Source: an uncultured delta proteobacterium
GTDB taxonomy: Bacteria > Desulfobacterota > Binatia > UBA9968
Direction of reading: 5' to 3'
Assembly: GCA_963755715.1 (NCBI GenBank)
Contig: CAVWLW010000014.1
Coordinates: forward strand, 29,759-93,758
Length of the DNA stretch: 64,000 nt
The translations under genes were made by a program, and so were the position numbers. The notes beneath the pieces were generated by a model. That model worked only from the letters and a program-made list of their open reading frames with translations, was not told where the DNA came from and did no database searches. Below, in pieces: positions 29,749 to 39,788 of the stretch. The first letter of the stretch is position 1, and the number at the start of each line of letters is the position of its first letter.

Positions 29749-30741
29749 TCATCGTTTTGCGCCCTCAGGATAGAGTTCCTTGAGAAACCCTTCTTTTTCT
29801 AGTTCTTGAATCAACGAATTGTCGATTAGACTATCGAGATTCAGCTTGGCGTTCTTGGCTTCCGGAATACTGTCCAGCGCTTGCTGAATTCCTTCGCGTC
29901 TCACCAACGGCACCGTCTCCCAGGCTTCGCGGTAAACGTCGTAGGTTTTGGAAAGAATTTCTCGATCACTGGTTTTAATATAGCGGCCTAAGGTTTCCAT
30001 GGAGAATTCTTTATCGGTCTTAAAGAGTTTAATGCCTTCAATATAGACGCGCAAAAAACGTTTCACGGCGGAGCGCTGAGCGCGCAGGAAATCTTTGCTG
30101 ACGACGATACCTTGAGTCGAATAGTTCAACGGCAATTTGCGCAGATCGATCAAAACTTGAAAGCCCAACTTCTCTGCTTGAAAGACTTGATCGACATTTA
30201 ATATTGCGCCGTCGACGGCGCCCGACGTGAGCGCCACCATGCGCTCGCCAAGGCCGCCCATTTGCGCGACCTGGACGTCTTGGTTCGCTCGTAGTTTGTA
30301 AAAGGCCAGAGCGTCGCGCAGCGAGACATCCGACAGCGAGCCGAAGCGGCTGATCGCCACTCGCTTGCCCTTCAAATCGTCGGGCTTTTTGATCTTTGGA
30401 TTGACCATCAGCACATTGAGCGCTCGCTCGATGCCGCCGGCGACCAGAGCCAGCTCGGCGCCTTTCACCCAGGCCGCGACGGCTGAAGGCGGCGCCAGGC
30501 TGGCGACACCAACGTCGCCGGAAAGCAAAGTCTGGACGATCAAAGAACCGCCGGGCATGTAGATAAGCTGCGCTTCGAGTTGGTTCTTCTTGAACAGTCC
30601 GGCGCGCTCGCCGAGATAGAGCGGCGCTTGGAAGCCGGAGATCGAGACGTAGGGGATTTTGAGAGTTTGAGCCGAAGCAAAATCGTTCGAGAACAAAGCA
30701 AGAAGAAAACTTAGAATCAGGAACGTCGCTTTTCGATGCAC
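29749..30741 (-). CDS. ABC substrate-binding protein, NitT/TauT family
   Basis: GLFKKNQLE, DLKGKRVAISRFGSLSD, ELEKEGFLKELY. Confidence 0.9.
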   Translation of the reverse strand: MHRKATFLILSFLLALFSNDFASAQTLKIPYVSISGFQAPLYLGERAGLFKKNQLEAQLIYMPGGSLIVQTLLSGDVGVASLAPPSAVAAWVKGAELALVAGGIERALNVLMVNPKIKKPDDLKGKRVAISRFGSLSDVSLRDALAFYKLRANQDVQVAQMGGLGERMVALTSGAVDGAILNVDQVFQAEKLGFQVLIDLRKLPLNYSTQGIVVSKDFLRAQRSAVKRFLRVYIEGIKLFKTDKEFSMETLGRYIKTSDREILSKTYDVYREAWETVPLVRREGIQQALDSIPEAKNAKLNLDSLIDNSLIQELEKEGFLKELYPEGAKR

Positions 30742-30778
30742 GATTTGCCTCCTTGCCGGTTTAGCGGAATTCGGTCGA

Positions 30779-30806
30779 GATTCCTCGGCTTCGCCTCGGA
30801 ATGACA
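30779..30806. repeat. REP-like palindrome (GTCATTCCGAG...GAGGAATC family)
   Basis: GATTCCTCGGCTTCGCCTCGGAATGAC; intact relative of the MITE-interrupted copy at 22510-22671. Confidence 0.65.
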
Positions 30807-30829
30807 GCTCGTGAATTTAACACCTTCAT

Positions 30830-31825
30830 CTAATTTCTGTAGAGGGTTTTCAGGAATCCCTCCTTTTCCAATTCGTCGAGAATTGTCGAATCGATGAAGC
30901 GGCGCGGGTCGGCGGTCTTTGCGCCGGGAATTTTCTCCATGCCTTCGAGGATTGTCTTCACGCCATCGACCGAGGTGCGCGGGATACGTAGCATATTTTT
31001 CGCCTGAAGCACGTAGGCTTCCTTTACTTCATCGCGGCTTTTCGCCCGCGTCCACTTTTGAATGACCTTGATGCTGAAGTCTTCGTCTTCTAAATAAGTT
31101 TTCATGCCTTCGAGAAAGCCGCGCATGAACCGCTTTGCCGTGTCGTGCTGGCCGTCGATAAAGCGCTTGCGCGTGACCACGGTGCCGGTGATGTAAGTCT
31201 TGCCGATCTTGGTCATGTCGAAGAGCTCGGTATAGCCGAGATTTTTCGCGCGAATATTGCTCGGGATCGAGATCGGCGCGGCATCGATGACGCCGCTCAC
31301 CAAGCCCTGCACGAGAAGCCCCATCTCGTTCAACTGCACGATCGTCACGTCGGTCGCGGGATCGAGGTTCCACATTTTCAACATCGCGCGCGCGAGAGCG
31401 TCGGGAGTGGAGCCGATACGCGTGACGCCGACCCGTTTGCCTTTGAGATCGGACGGCGTTTTGATCTTTGGATTGACGATGAAACTGTAGAGCGGTTTGT
31501 CGAGGATCGCGCCCATGAACAGCGTGTCCGCGCCGCTCAGGTTGGAACTGACGCAGGCATCGGTAACCGATTGTGCGACGGAGACTTCGCCCGCGAGGAG
31601 CGCCTGCAGCGCCAGAATACTGCTGGCGTGCACAAGCTCGACGTCGAGGCCGTGTTTTTTGAAATGGCCGGCGTCGTAGGCGATCCATGGAATAGCCTGA
31701 TTGACCGTGATGGCGCTGTAAGCCAGCCGCAGTGGCGTGGTTTTGCCGGTTTCCGCGGCGGTGGCTGAATTCGCTATGAGGGCAATGATCGCCATCAGGA
31801 GGAGAAGCCTAGCTACGGCATGCAA
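30830..31825 (-). CDS. ABC substrate-binding protein, NitT/TauT family
   Basis: GHFKKHGLDVELV, DLKGKRVGVTRIGS. Confidence 0.9.
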   Translation of the reverse strand: MHAVARLLLLMAIIALIANSATAAETGKTTPLRLAYSAITVNQAIPWIAYDAGHFKKHGLDVELVHASSILALQALLAGEVSVAQSVTDACVSSNLSGADTLFMGAILDKPLYSFIVNPKIKTPSDLKGKRVGVTRIGSTPDALARAMLKMWNLDPATDVTIVQLNEMGLLVQGLVSGVIDAAPISIPSNIRAKNLGYTELFDMTKIGKTYITGTVVTRKRFIDGQHDTAKRFMRGFLEGMKTYLEDEDFSIKVIQKWTRAKSRDEVKEAYVLQAKNMLRIPRTSVDGVKTILEGMEKIPGAKTADPRRFIDSTILDELEKEGFLKTLYRN

Positions 31826-31946
31826 AACCTGCCCAAATTGATCTTTTCATAATTGGTTCTCGAGTGATTTCCTGAAGAGAAGGGAAGATCTTCCAACTCC
31901 TCGATCGTTGTGGCTGATATCGGCCTGGTCAAAAAGTCGCCTGCGG

Positions 31947-32973
31947 TTACAAGATTGTACAGCGCTCGGGCGTTGTCGCTGACGATTTTTTTTGCCAGTG
32001 ACGGAGTGAGACGCGGGTCCGCGCTCAGATTATGAATCGCCAGCAGTTCAGTGGCGCTGTCGGCGTGCGCGTAATCCGAGCCGATGACGATGTTGTCATC
32101 GCCGAGCTTATTCACGATGTACGGGATGTCGTCGGTCGTTTCGCAGGCGACGTAGATCCGGTCCTGGCGCAGGAAGTCGCTTTTTAGTTCCTTGCCTTTG
32201 ATACGAAAACGTTTCGCCAGATCGGTGTAGGTGTAGGGCAGCCATTCGGCGCTGATTTCCAGAAAACCGATGCGGAGCTTGGGAAAGCGCTCGGGAATCC
32301 GATCCATCACGATGGAATGAAACGCGCCGACGCAATTCAACTTAAACTTTGAAAAGCCGACGGTCTCGTACTTGTAGTAATTATACAGCGTCGCGCTGCC
32401 GTTGGCGGCGTGGATACAAATCGCCAAATCGAGACGGCTGGCTTCTTCGTAGAGCGGAAAGAAATACGGATCGCTGAGCAGCAAATCGCCTTCGGTGCCG
32501 CGCATGAAAATGCCGCAGGCGCCGTTTTCTTTGGCGAAGCGCGCTTCTGCGATGGCTTGGTCCATCGTCATCAGCGGCACCACTGCGGCCCAGCGCAGCC
32601 GCTCTTTTCCCTGTTTCCAGATGTCCGCGAGCCAGCGGTTGTAGCTGCGGCTGAGCGCTAACTCCACTTCGGGGCGCGGCGTGAGCGGTATAAGAAACAG
32701 CGTCGGATAGAGGACCTGGATGCTGACACCGAGCTCGTCCATGTGCTTCAGGCGAGCCGGCACGTCGCGCATTTCGCGCGAGGCTTGTGGCGTGTTGCGG
32801 CCGACGTTGCCCGACTTTAAGCGCAGCGTGCCGTCGACCAGCCAGTACTCGTCCTTCGACTCGCCGCCGGTCGCTTCGACGATCCGCGGCCGGTATTTGT
32901 GCTCCGCGCCGTCCATAGATTCCCAAGTCTGCTCGGTTTCCAAGACATGCGCGTCGGCGTCGATGGTTAGCAT
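31947..32973 (-). CDS. Amidohydrolase_2 family protein (decarboxylase/hydratase-like)
   Basis: IDADAH, QVLYPT, ICIH, GSDYAH, NARALYNL. The true stop is probably at 31947, hidden by an indel. Confidence 0.88.
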
Positions 32974-33049
32974 GGTAAAGTCCTCGCTCTCTACGTCGGT
33001 TGCGACCAGCTGGGCTGTAACAGTTGATTGGCGTCTGTCTATTTGAGAC

Positions 33050-33118
33050 CCTTCGACACGCTCAGGGCGAGCGGATTAAGGAAAAACCGTTCGTGGTGAG
33101 GCTCTCGAACCATGAACA
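33050..33118. repeat. Paired REP-like repeat (CCCTTCGACA.GCTCAGGG family)
   Basis: Inverted relative of the unit carried inside the MITE at 22541-22630. Confidence 0.65.
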
Positions 33119-33334
33119 GTAGATGCCATTTACGGTTTTCAGTCCACTAGTTATGGTTGGTTCATAACATCGCAATTTATTCCCCGTCAAATGCGGTGTA
33201 ATGAATGACCGGATGTTTGTGCTGATTTCCGGAGCAAAGGATTTGGATTGCCGGATTTTACAGTTTTCTCCTTGTCCCGTTTTTCCTGTCGCCGAAGGTT
33301 AGCGATTACACGCTTGCGCTCCCGCAGCCCCTAA

Positions 33335-33362
33335 TTGACTTAGCCTATTTGTTTCTTATACT
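33335..33362 (+). promoter_or_regulatory. Putative sigma70 promoter
   Basis: TTGACT-N16-TATACT upstream of 33423. Confidence 0.5.
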
Positions 33363-33422
33363 CATCCAGCCTTTGGACACACCGGGACTCCAGCCATAAC
33401 ATCAGAGATACGGAGGTACGAG

Positions 33423-34446
33423 ATGAGTTCAGTTTTAACAACGTCGGTTTCACTGAGCTTGTGGATCATGACTCTTGCGATTGGCGTGGTGTCGGCGTGG
33501 GGTCAGGCCGATGAAAAAGCCAAGCTCATCGAGGGCGCGAAAAAAGAAGGCAAACTGATTTGGTACGCCTCCACGAACGTGACCGAGTCCAAGCCGCTGC
33601 TCGACGATTTTGAAAAGCAGTATCCCTTCATCAAAGGCGAGCTTTTTCGCGCCAGCGGCGAGGTGATTTTGAATCGAATCATCGGTGAAACGCGCGCGGG
33701 CAAGTGGAACTTCGATGTCGTCATGGTCGGTGAATTCGACGTGCTCATGGGCGCTAAATTGCTTGCACCCTACAAGTCGCCTGAAAGCAAAAATTTCATC
33801 GCCGACTTCGTAAATCCCAACGGTTACTGGTGCGCAGTTTACGTCAACTATAGGACCATCGGTTACAATTCTAAACTCGTCGCGGAGAAGGATGCTCCGA
33901 AGCAGTGGGAAGATTGGCTCGACCCGAAATGGCGAGGCAAAATTTCGCTCGAAGAAGAAGACTACGTTTGGTACGGCGCTTTGGTGAAGTATTGGGGCAA
34001 AGAGAAAACGCAAAAATTTATGAGAGCACTGGCGAGGCAAGACATCCAATGGCGTAAGGGGCACACGCTGATCTCGCAGCTCATGGCGGCCGGCGAATTC
34101 CCGCTCGGCGGCATTTACGCCCATCGGATCGAGGAGATGAGACAGCGGGGAGCGCCCGTCGAATGGGTGAATACCGTCAACCCGGTGGTGGCCACATTGA
34201 ACGGCGCGGGCTTAAGCGCGAAGCCGCCCGATCCGAATGCGGCGCGGCTGTTTATCGATTTTCTTCTATCCAAGCCTGCGCAGCAGCGCCTGCGCGCGCT
34301 GCGGAGAATTCCTGCGCGCTCGGACGTCGAACCCCTCTCGCCGAAAATGGATCAGTCCAAGACTCAAGCTCGCCATTGCGCTGAGGGATTCCGTCGAGGA
34401 GTACAACACGAGCATCAAAGAGTTCCGCGAGATATTTGGACGATGA
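33423..34446 (+). CDS. Extracellular solute-binding protein (C-terminal frameshift)
   Basis: GAKKEGKLIWY, WLDPKWRGK, PNAARLFIDFLLS. The alternative frame ends FREIFGR*. Confidence 0.88.
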
Positions 34447-34488
34447 GCCAGGGATGAAAATGTCTGTGATGGCGACGAGGAAAGTTCG

Positions 34489-35503
34489 ATGAAATTTGAA
34501 GGAATGAGACGAATTGGTGTTTGTGGTCTTGTTTTTCTGGTCGTTGCGATCCATGGCCAATGGGTCGGCGCTCAAGAGTCAAAGAAAGTCCGATTCGGTT
34601 ATCCATCTCTCGGTTTTCGCCAAGGTCATATCTGGGTGGCGAAGGACGAAGGGCTGTTCAAAAAATACGGCCTTGACGTCGAGCCGATCTTTCTCCGTGG
34701 TGGACAACTGGCGATCCAAGCATTGGCGGGCGGCGATCCTCCGTCTGATGAGCATCGGTCAGGTAGTTCAGGCCGGACTGGCGGGGTTTGACCTTGCGCT
34801 GATTGCCGGAGTGGAAATTTATTACGATTCGACAGTCTTCGCCCAGCCCGGGATCACGCGGCTCGAACAATTGAAAGGCAAGAGAATCGGTATCAGCGGT
34901 TACGGCGCGGCGACCCATTTTGCCGCGATCATCCTCGCGCAGCATCTCAAGCTCGACCCCGACAAGGATCTGATCCTCGTGCCGGGCGGACCCGACGCCG
35001 AACGCATCGCTGCGATGTCGGCGGGAAAGATCGACGCGGGGGTCTTTAATTCGTCGACGCTGCCGATCGCCAAACGCATGGGACTCGTCGAGCTGGTGAG
35101 AATTCCCGATCTCAAAGTCGAAGTGCAGGGCAACGGCATGGCGACGACGCGAACTTACATCAAGAGCAACCGCGACGTCGTCAAGTCGGCGCTGAAGGGC
35201 TACATCGAAGGCATCAACTTTATCTTCAACAACAAACAGGCGACGCAGAAAGTCTTCGGCAAATACATGCGCACCAACGATGCCGAGGTGCTGGAGACAT
35301 CGTACCAGGCCTATATCAACACGACACCGAGGAAACCTTATCCGACGCTCAAAGGACTGCAGTTTCTCTTGGACCGCCTCGCGCCGACGATGCCGCAGGC
35401 GAAGACGGCCAAGCCGGAACAGTTCGTCGACATGAGTTTTCTGCAGGAACTGGAGAAGGAAGGCTTTTTCAACGAGATGGCGAAACGCTATCCGGGGAAA
35501 TAG
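34489..35503 (+). CDS. ABC substrate-binding protein, NitT/TauT family (frameshift near 34742)
   Basis: WVAKDEGLFKKYGLDVE joined to LKGKRIGISGYG...ELEKEGFF. Confidence 0.88.
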
Positions 35504-35565
35504 AGTCTCGGAATATTGACCACAAAGGGCACAAAGGTCACAGAGTAGAAGATTTGGATGCTAAT

Positions 35566-35869
35566 ATTTCACCACGAAGGCACGAAGGTCACGAAGGATT
35601 GGAAAATTTGAACTCTGAAACTTCGTGCTCTTCGTATTACTATAGTTAAAAATTTGCGCGGCCTGCGCAAATAATCTGGCATCGAAAGTACTCGGAGTCG
35701 GGAATTCCTCCCGCCAAGGCGCAAAGGCGCCAAGGTTATGGGGAAAGGACAAAAACTCTTATAAATGATTTTCACCCTCAATCTCCGAACTTTGCGCCCT
35801 TTGCGTCTTTGCGGGAGATACTCCGAGTTTCGGTTGCGGCTCAGCCGCACTGGGTCCTTCGTGGTGAAA
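35566..35869. repeat. Nested intergenic repeat complex
   Basis: The outer CACGAAG-family inverted repeat has its right arm split by a 218-bp insert (35636-35853), which itself contains a CGCAAAGG-family inverted repeat. Confidence 0.75.
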
Positions 35870-35898
35870 ACGTGATCCACTAATTTCTCGGAGGTCTT

Positions 35899-37344
35899 AT
35901 GCCCAAGAGCTTGAGCACGTTTCTTGAAGAGTGCCGAAGAGAGATTCCCAACGAAGTCATTCATATCTCGAAGCCGATCGACCCGGCGCACTATGACGCC
36001 ACTGCGATCATCAAGCACCTCGGCGCGCAGAAGAAATTTCCCATCGCCATATTCGATCAGGCGTTAAATCTTCATGGCAAAGTAAGCGAGTTTAAGCTTG
36101 TGCTCAACTGCGAGATCTCCCAGCGAAAAACCCAGATCGCGTTGAACTTCCCGCGCGAGCTGACGCGCGGCGAGATGGCGGAAGCTTGTCTGGCGCGCGA
36201 AGCGAAGCCGATTCCGCCGATCATCGTCGACAAGAGGGACGCGCCGGTCAAACAGGTCGTGAAACGCGGCGGCGAGGTCGACTTGTATCAGCTGCCGTTC
36301 ATGCGTCACTACGAGATGGACGGCGGTCCGTACAGCACGTTGTCGACGATTACGCGCGACCGGAAGAGCGGTATTTACAACTGCTCGTATCATCGTATGG
36401 AGATCAAGTCGCCCAATCGCACAGCGCTCTATGCGTCGCCGCGCCACCTGTGGCGCATGTACTGTGACTACGAAGAGCAAAACATGGAAACGCCCGTGGC
36501 AACGGTCATGGGGCATCATCCCGCCTATCATATCGGCGCCTGTTATACCGGTCCCTTCGAGGTCAGCGAGTTCGATATTATCGGTAGTTACATGCAAGAA
36601 CCGCTCAGGCTTACGCCGTCGGAAACCTGGGGTGATGACTTGTTGATTCCGGCTGATGCCGAGATCGTCATCGAAGGCGCGCTGATTCCCGGTAAGCGCA
36701 TCGTCGAGGGACCGTTCGGCGAGGCGCCGGGCTATCTCGGACCGCAGCGTTTCATCCGCTGTGTCGAGTATGAAGTGAGAGCGATCAACTACCGCAAGGG
36801 CGCGATGTACCAGTCGGTGATCACGCCTGAAGGCGACAAGCCGTGGATGGATCTGCCCCGCGAGGGCGCGTATCTGAGGCGCTGCCGCGAAGCGGTGCCG
36901 GGCGTGACCGCGGTGTGCAAGCTCGGCCGGCAGGCGAACTATAATATTTTCATCTCGATGAAGAAAATGTCAGAGGGCGATCCGGGCCGCGCCGCTGCCG
37001 CGGCATTGACCTTTGATCATGCCAAGAATGTTTTCGTCTTCGACGACGACATTGACGTTTACGATGCGACGGAAGTTTTGTGGGCGATCGCGACCCGAGT
37101 TCAACCGCACCGCCAAGTGTCGATCACGCCGCCGCTCTTCCGCGGCAATATGCTCGATCCGTCGCTGGAGGACGAGATCAAAACATCCTGCATGATCGTC
37201 GACGCGACTCGTCCGTTGGACCGGCCGTTCTCTCCGGTATCGAAGTGTCCGGATGAAGCGATGGCGCGGATCAAGCTGGAAGACTACGTCCCGGGTGAAA
37301 TCTTGCAGCACATTCCAGTCGATAGGACGACGTACTGGGCGTGA
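35899..37344 (+). CDS. UbiD-family (prFMN-dependent) decarboxylase
   Basis: DGGPY, YNCSYHRM, PADAEIVIEG, EGPFGE, DDDIDV...VLWAIATR. Confidence 0.92.
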   Translation: MPKSLSTFLEECRREIPNEVIHISKPIDPAHYDATAIIKHLGAQKKFPIAIFDQALNLHGKVSEFKLVLNCEISQRKTQIALNFPRELTRGEMAEACLAREAKPIPPIIVDKRDAPVKQVVKRGGEVDLYQLPFMRHYEMDGGPYSTLSTITRDRKSGIYNCSYHRMEIKSPNRTALYASPRHLWRMYCDYEEQNMETPVATVMGHHPAYHIGACYTGPFEVSEFDIIGSYMQEPLRLTPSETWGDDLLIPADAEIVIEGALIPGKRIVEGPFGEAPGYLGPQRFIRCVEYEVRAINYRKGAMYQSVITPEGDKPWMDLPREGAYLRRCREAVPGVTAVCKLGRQANYNIFISMKKMSEGDPGRAAAAALTFDHAKNVFVFDDDIDVYDATEVLWAIATRVQPHRQVSITPPLFRGNMLDPSLEDEIKTSCMIVDATRPLDRPFSPVSKCPDEAMARIKLEDYVPGEILQHIPVDRTTYWA

Positions 37345-37459
37345 AGGCAGCGCGTTCAGACGGCCGCTGGTTCCAACCGTTCAAGTCGACGAAGATCGGC
37401 AAGAGCCATAGAGCGAGATCGGATGTCTAAACCTGGATGACTCGAAAGGGAGGAATTTT

Positions 37460-38461
37460 ATGAGGGTAGGAAAGGTTCTTCTATCCGTTGCGCTATTGTT
37501 GTGCGGAATTGTCTCCGCGCAGGCACAAACCATCGACGAAGTTTACAAAAAGGCGTTGACCGAAGGCGGCACGCTCAACTTCTACGGCACCTTGGCGCAA
37601 ATCAACGCGGAAATTATTCTTCCCGCGTTCGAGAAGCGTTTTCCGGGGATCAAAGTGAACCACGTCGACGCGACCGCCGATCAGCTCGCGGCCCGGGTGA
37701 TCGCGGAAGCGCGCGGCGGCAGGGTGCTTGCGGATATTTTTCAAACGCTGCTGGACGGTCTGGTTCACGTCAAAGACCAAGGTCTGTTTCTCGATAAACT
37801 CTATCCTGAAGCAGACGCCTATCCCAAAGAACTTAAAGGAACGAGCTGGGTCGCCAGCGATTTGATTTACATCGTGCCCGCTTGGAACACGACACAGGTA
37901 AAGAAAGAGGAAGAACCCAAACAGTTCGAAGATTTCGCCGATCCGCGTTGGAAGGGCCGGCTTATCGCCGAGCCGCGCGATTTTCAGCTTCTCATCGGCC
38001 TGGCGCGCTACAAGTACAAGAACGAAGAGAAGGCCGTGGCGCTACTCAAGCGTATCGCAGCGAACAACCCTGAATTTCACAAAGGCCACTCCCAGCTCGC
38101 CGAGCTTTTGGTGGCGGGACAAGCGGCGGCCTGCGTCACCTGTTACGCGCATCATTATCCGGTGCGCAAGCGCAAAGGCGCGCCGGTCGACTACATGCTG
38201 ACCGAAGGCACCGGCGACATCGATGGCACCGCGATCCTGAAAGCCGCGCCGCATCCGAATACGGCTTTGCTCTTTGCCCGTTGGACCGCCAGCGAAGAGG
38301 GACAAAAAGTTTTCGCGCAAGGCGGCCGTTTGCCTGCCCATCCAAAAGTCGAACCGGTTGAAAAAACCCGCCCGGCGAAGGTCTACCCGGTCGGCGAAAA
38401 TGACGTCAAGGATTATCCCAAGTATGAAAAGATGTGGAAGGAGATATTTGGGTTGCGGTGA
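37460..38461 (+). CDS. Extracellular solute-binding protein
   Basis: Signal peptide, FADPRWKG, APHPNTALLF, WKEIFGLR. Confidence 0.9.
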   Translation: MRVGKVLLSVALLLCGIVSAQAQTIDEVYKKALTEGGTLNFYGTLAQINAEIILPAFEKRFPGIKVNHVDATADQLAARVIAEARGGRVLADIFQTLLDGLVHVKDQGLFLDKLYPEADAYPKELKGTSWVASDLIYIVPAWNTTQVKKEEEPKQFEDFADPRWKGRLIAEPRDFQLLIGLARYKYKNEEKAVALLKRIAANNPEFHKGHSQLAELLVAGQAAACVTCYAHHYPVRKRKGAPVDYMLTEGTGDIDGTAILKAAPHPNTALLFARWTASEEGQKVFAQGGRLPAHPKVEPVEKTRPAKVYPVGENDVKDYPKYEKMWKEIFGLR

Positions 38462-39788
38462 GAGCTGCTAGGGGATTGTTAAGCGCACATGGTGCCTACG
38501 ACCAAGCCGCGACGGTCAAGTTTACGTCTGCTGTTCGAACCGCGGGAGTCAGCCACTCACCTGTTTTTCTGGATTTCTACTAAGAATTCGCCAGGCGAGT
38601 TATTCGACATGTTACGGCGGTTTTACCGAAATGACAAGGTGTTTACAATCAAGCCCAAAGAATTCTCTCGAAAGAATTTAGCTATGAGATCAGATAGAGC
38701 CGCTCGATTGAAGCTGACTTTGCTTAGCGTTATCAAGGTCGGCCACAAAGAGGGCTCATCTATGATACACTGAAGTCTGAATGACTGCCGATCGATTCGG
38801 GTCTTCACCCAGATATCTAGAAAATGCCACCGAGGTAGGCGACTAGAAACTTGCAGGCTTCGGTTCGAAAGAGTCGCTCAGATTTCGTAAAGCCGTATCT
38901 CGACCGCATTTGTCCACATAATCATCTATAAACCGTTTTGAATTCTACTCCGCACGTGGCGATCCGGCTCACTGAGAGAGGAGGTCAATAGGACGACTAA
39001 GTATTATCGCGATATGATCCGCACGAAGTGATACATCATGAGCACTTTTTCACTATCTTATCGGAGCGCTCCCAAAAAGAGCGTGCAAATTAGCTCTGGA
39101 TGATTCCTGGTCGCATCGAACGAGAGTATCCGCCGTTGCGTACAAGTGGCTATAAAAGCCCCGCAACGTCACTGCTCTAGAGTCGAGTAGATCGTATCAC
39201 ATGTCACTGATTAGTCTCAGATCAAAGTTGAGATAGACGTACCGCTCTCGTGGAGACTTGGCTATCCTGTTCGTGCCAGGAAGTAGAATCAGGATGTTCT
39301 AACATAAGAGACGATAGCCGATAGCATCAGACGTTTGCCATTGTCGACGATTTGGACATTGATCCAAATCGCGGTGTGGAACAACAGTACGAATGCTGTA
39401 GCGAGCACGAAAGCTGTCTTGTCTTCCGGACCGATTTCATTTGGTTAGGATCGGAACATATGCGGACGGACCTGAGCTAGTATAGAATGACGTCCACGAT
39501 TCAAGATGGGTTAGAAATCGACAGGTTGATTAATGTCTCTGAGCAGTGCAACCACGCAATAGTAGTCTCGGACCAGATGTTATCTGTGGTTCCGCTGCGG
39601 AATTCTCCCAGAGACGAATGACATTCCAGATAGCCATGCGACCGTTCCAAGCGATATACCGATGTTTAGTCCGACGCTTCGTGGTTAATTTCATCCACGT
39701 AGTCGCGAAATTAAGTCCATTGGATATAGATCGTGCAGATAAATTTTTGCGACATCGAAATGCCATGCTTTTTACTCGAAATTTTCCG
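38462..39788. other. Unexplained low-GC, ORF-poor segment
   Basis: About 45-47% GC from sampled lines, no credible ORF, five CTAG sites and none of the local repeat families. Confidence 0.6.

Noticed and set aside
31813-31946. C-terminal extension of the amidohydrolase overlapping the next SBP
   Set aside because: The family normally ends at NARALYNL; the extension is explained by a one-base insertion before TAA.
33017-33153. Possible second MITE with imperfect TIRs around the 33050-33118 repeat
   Set aside because: The ends match only loosely and no TSD is evident.
38489-38773. 94-aa ORF and other short ORFs in the anomalous segment
   Set aside because: No RBS, no motifs and atypical codon use; this length is expected by chance.
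38462-39788. CRISPR array, group II intron or tRNA in the anomalous segment
   Set aside because: No direct repeat longer than about 8 bp was seen, and no domain V/VI or cloverleaf signature.
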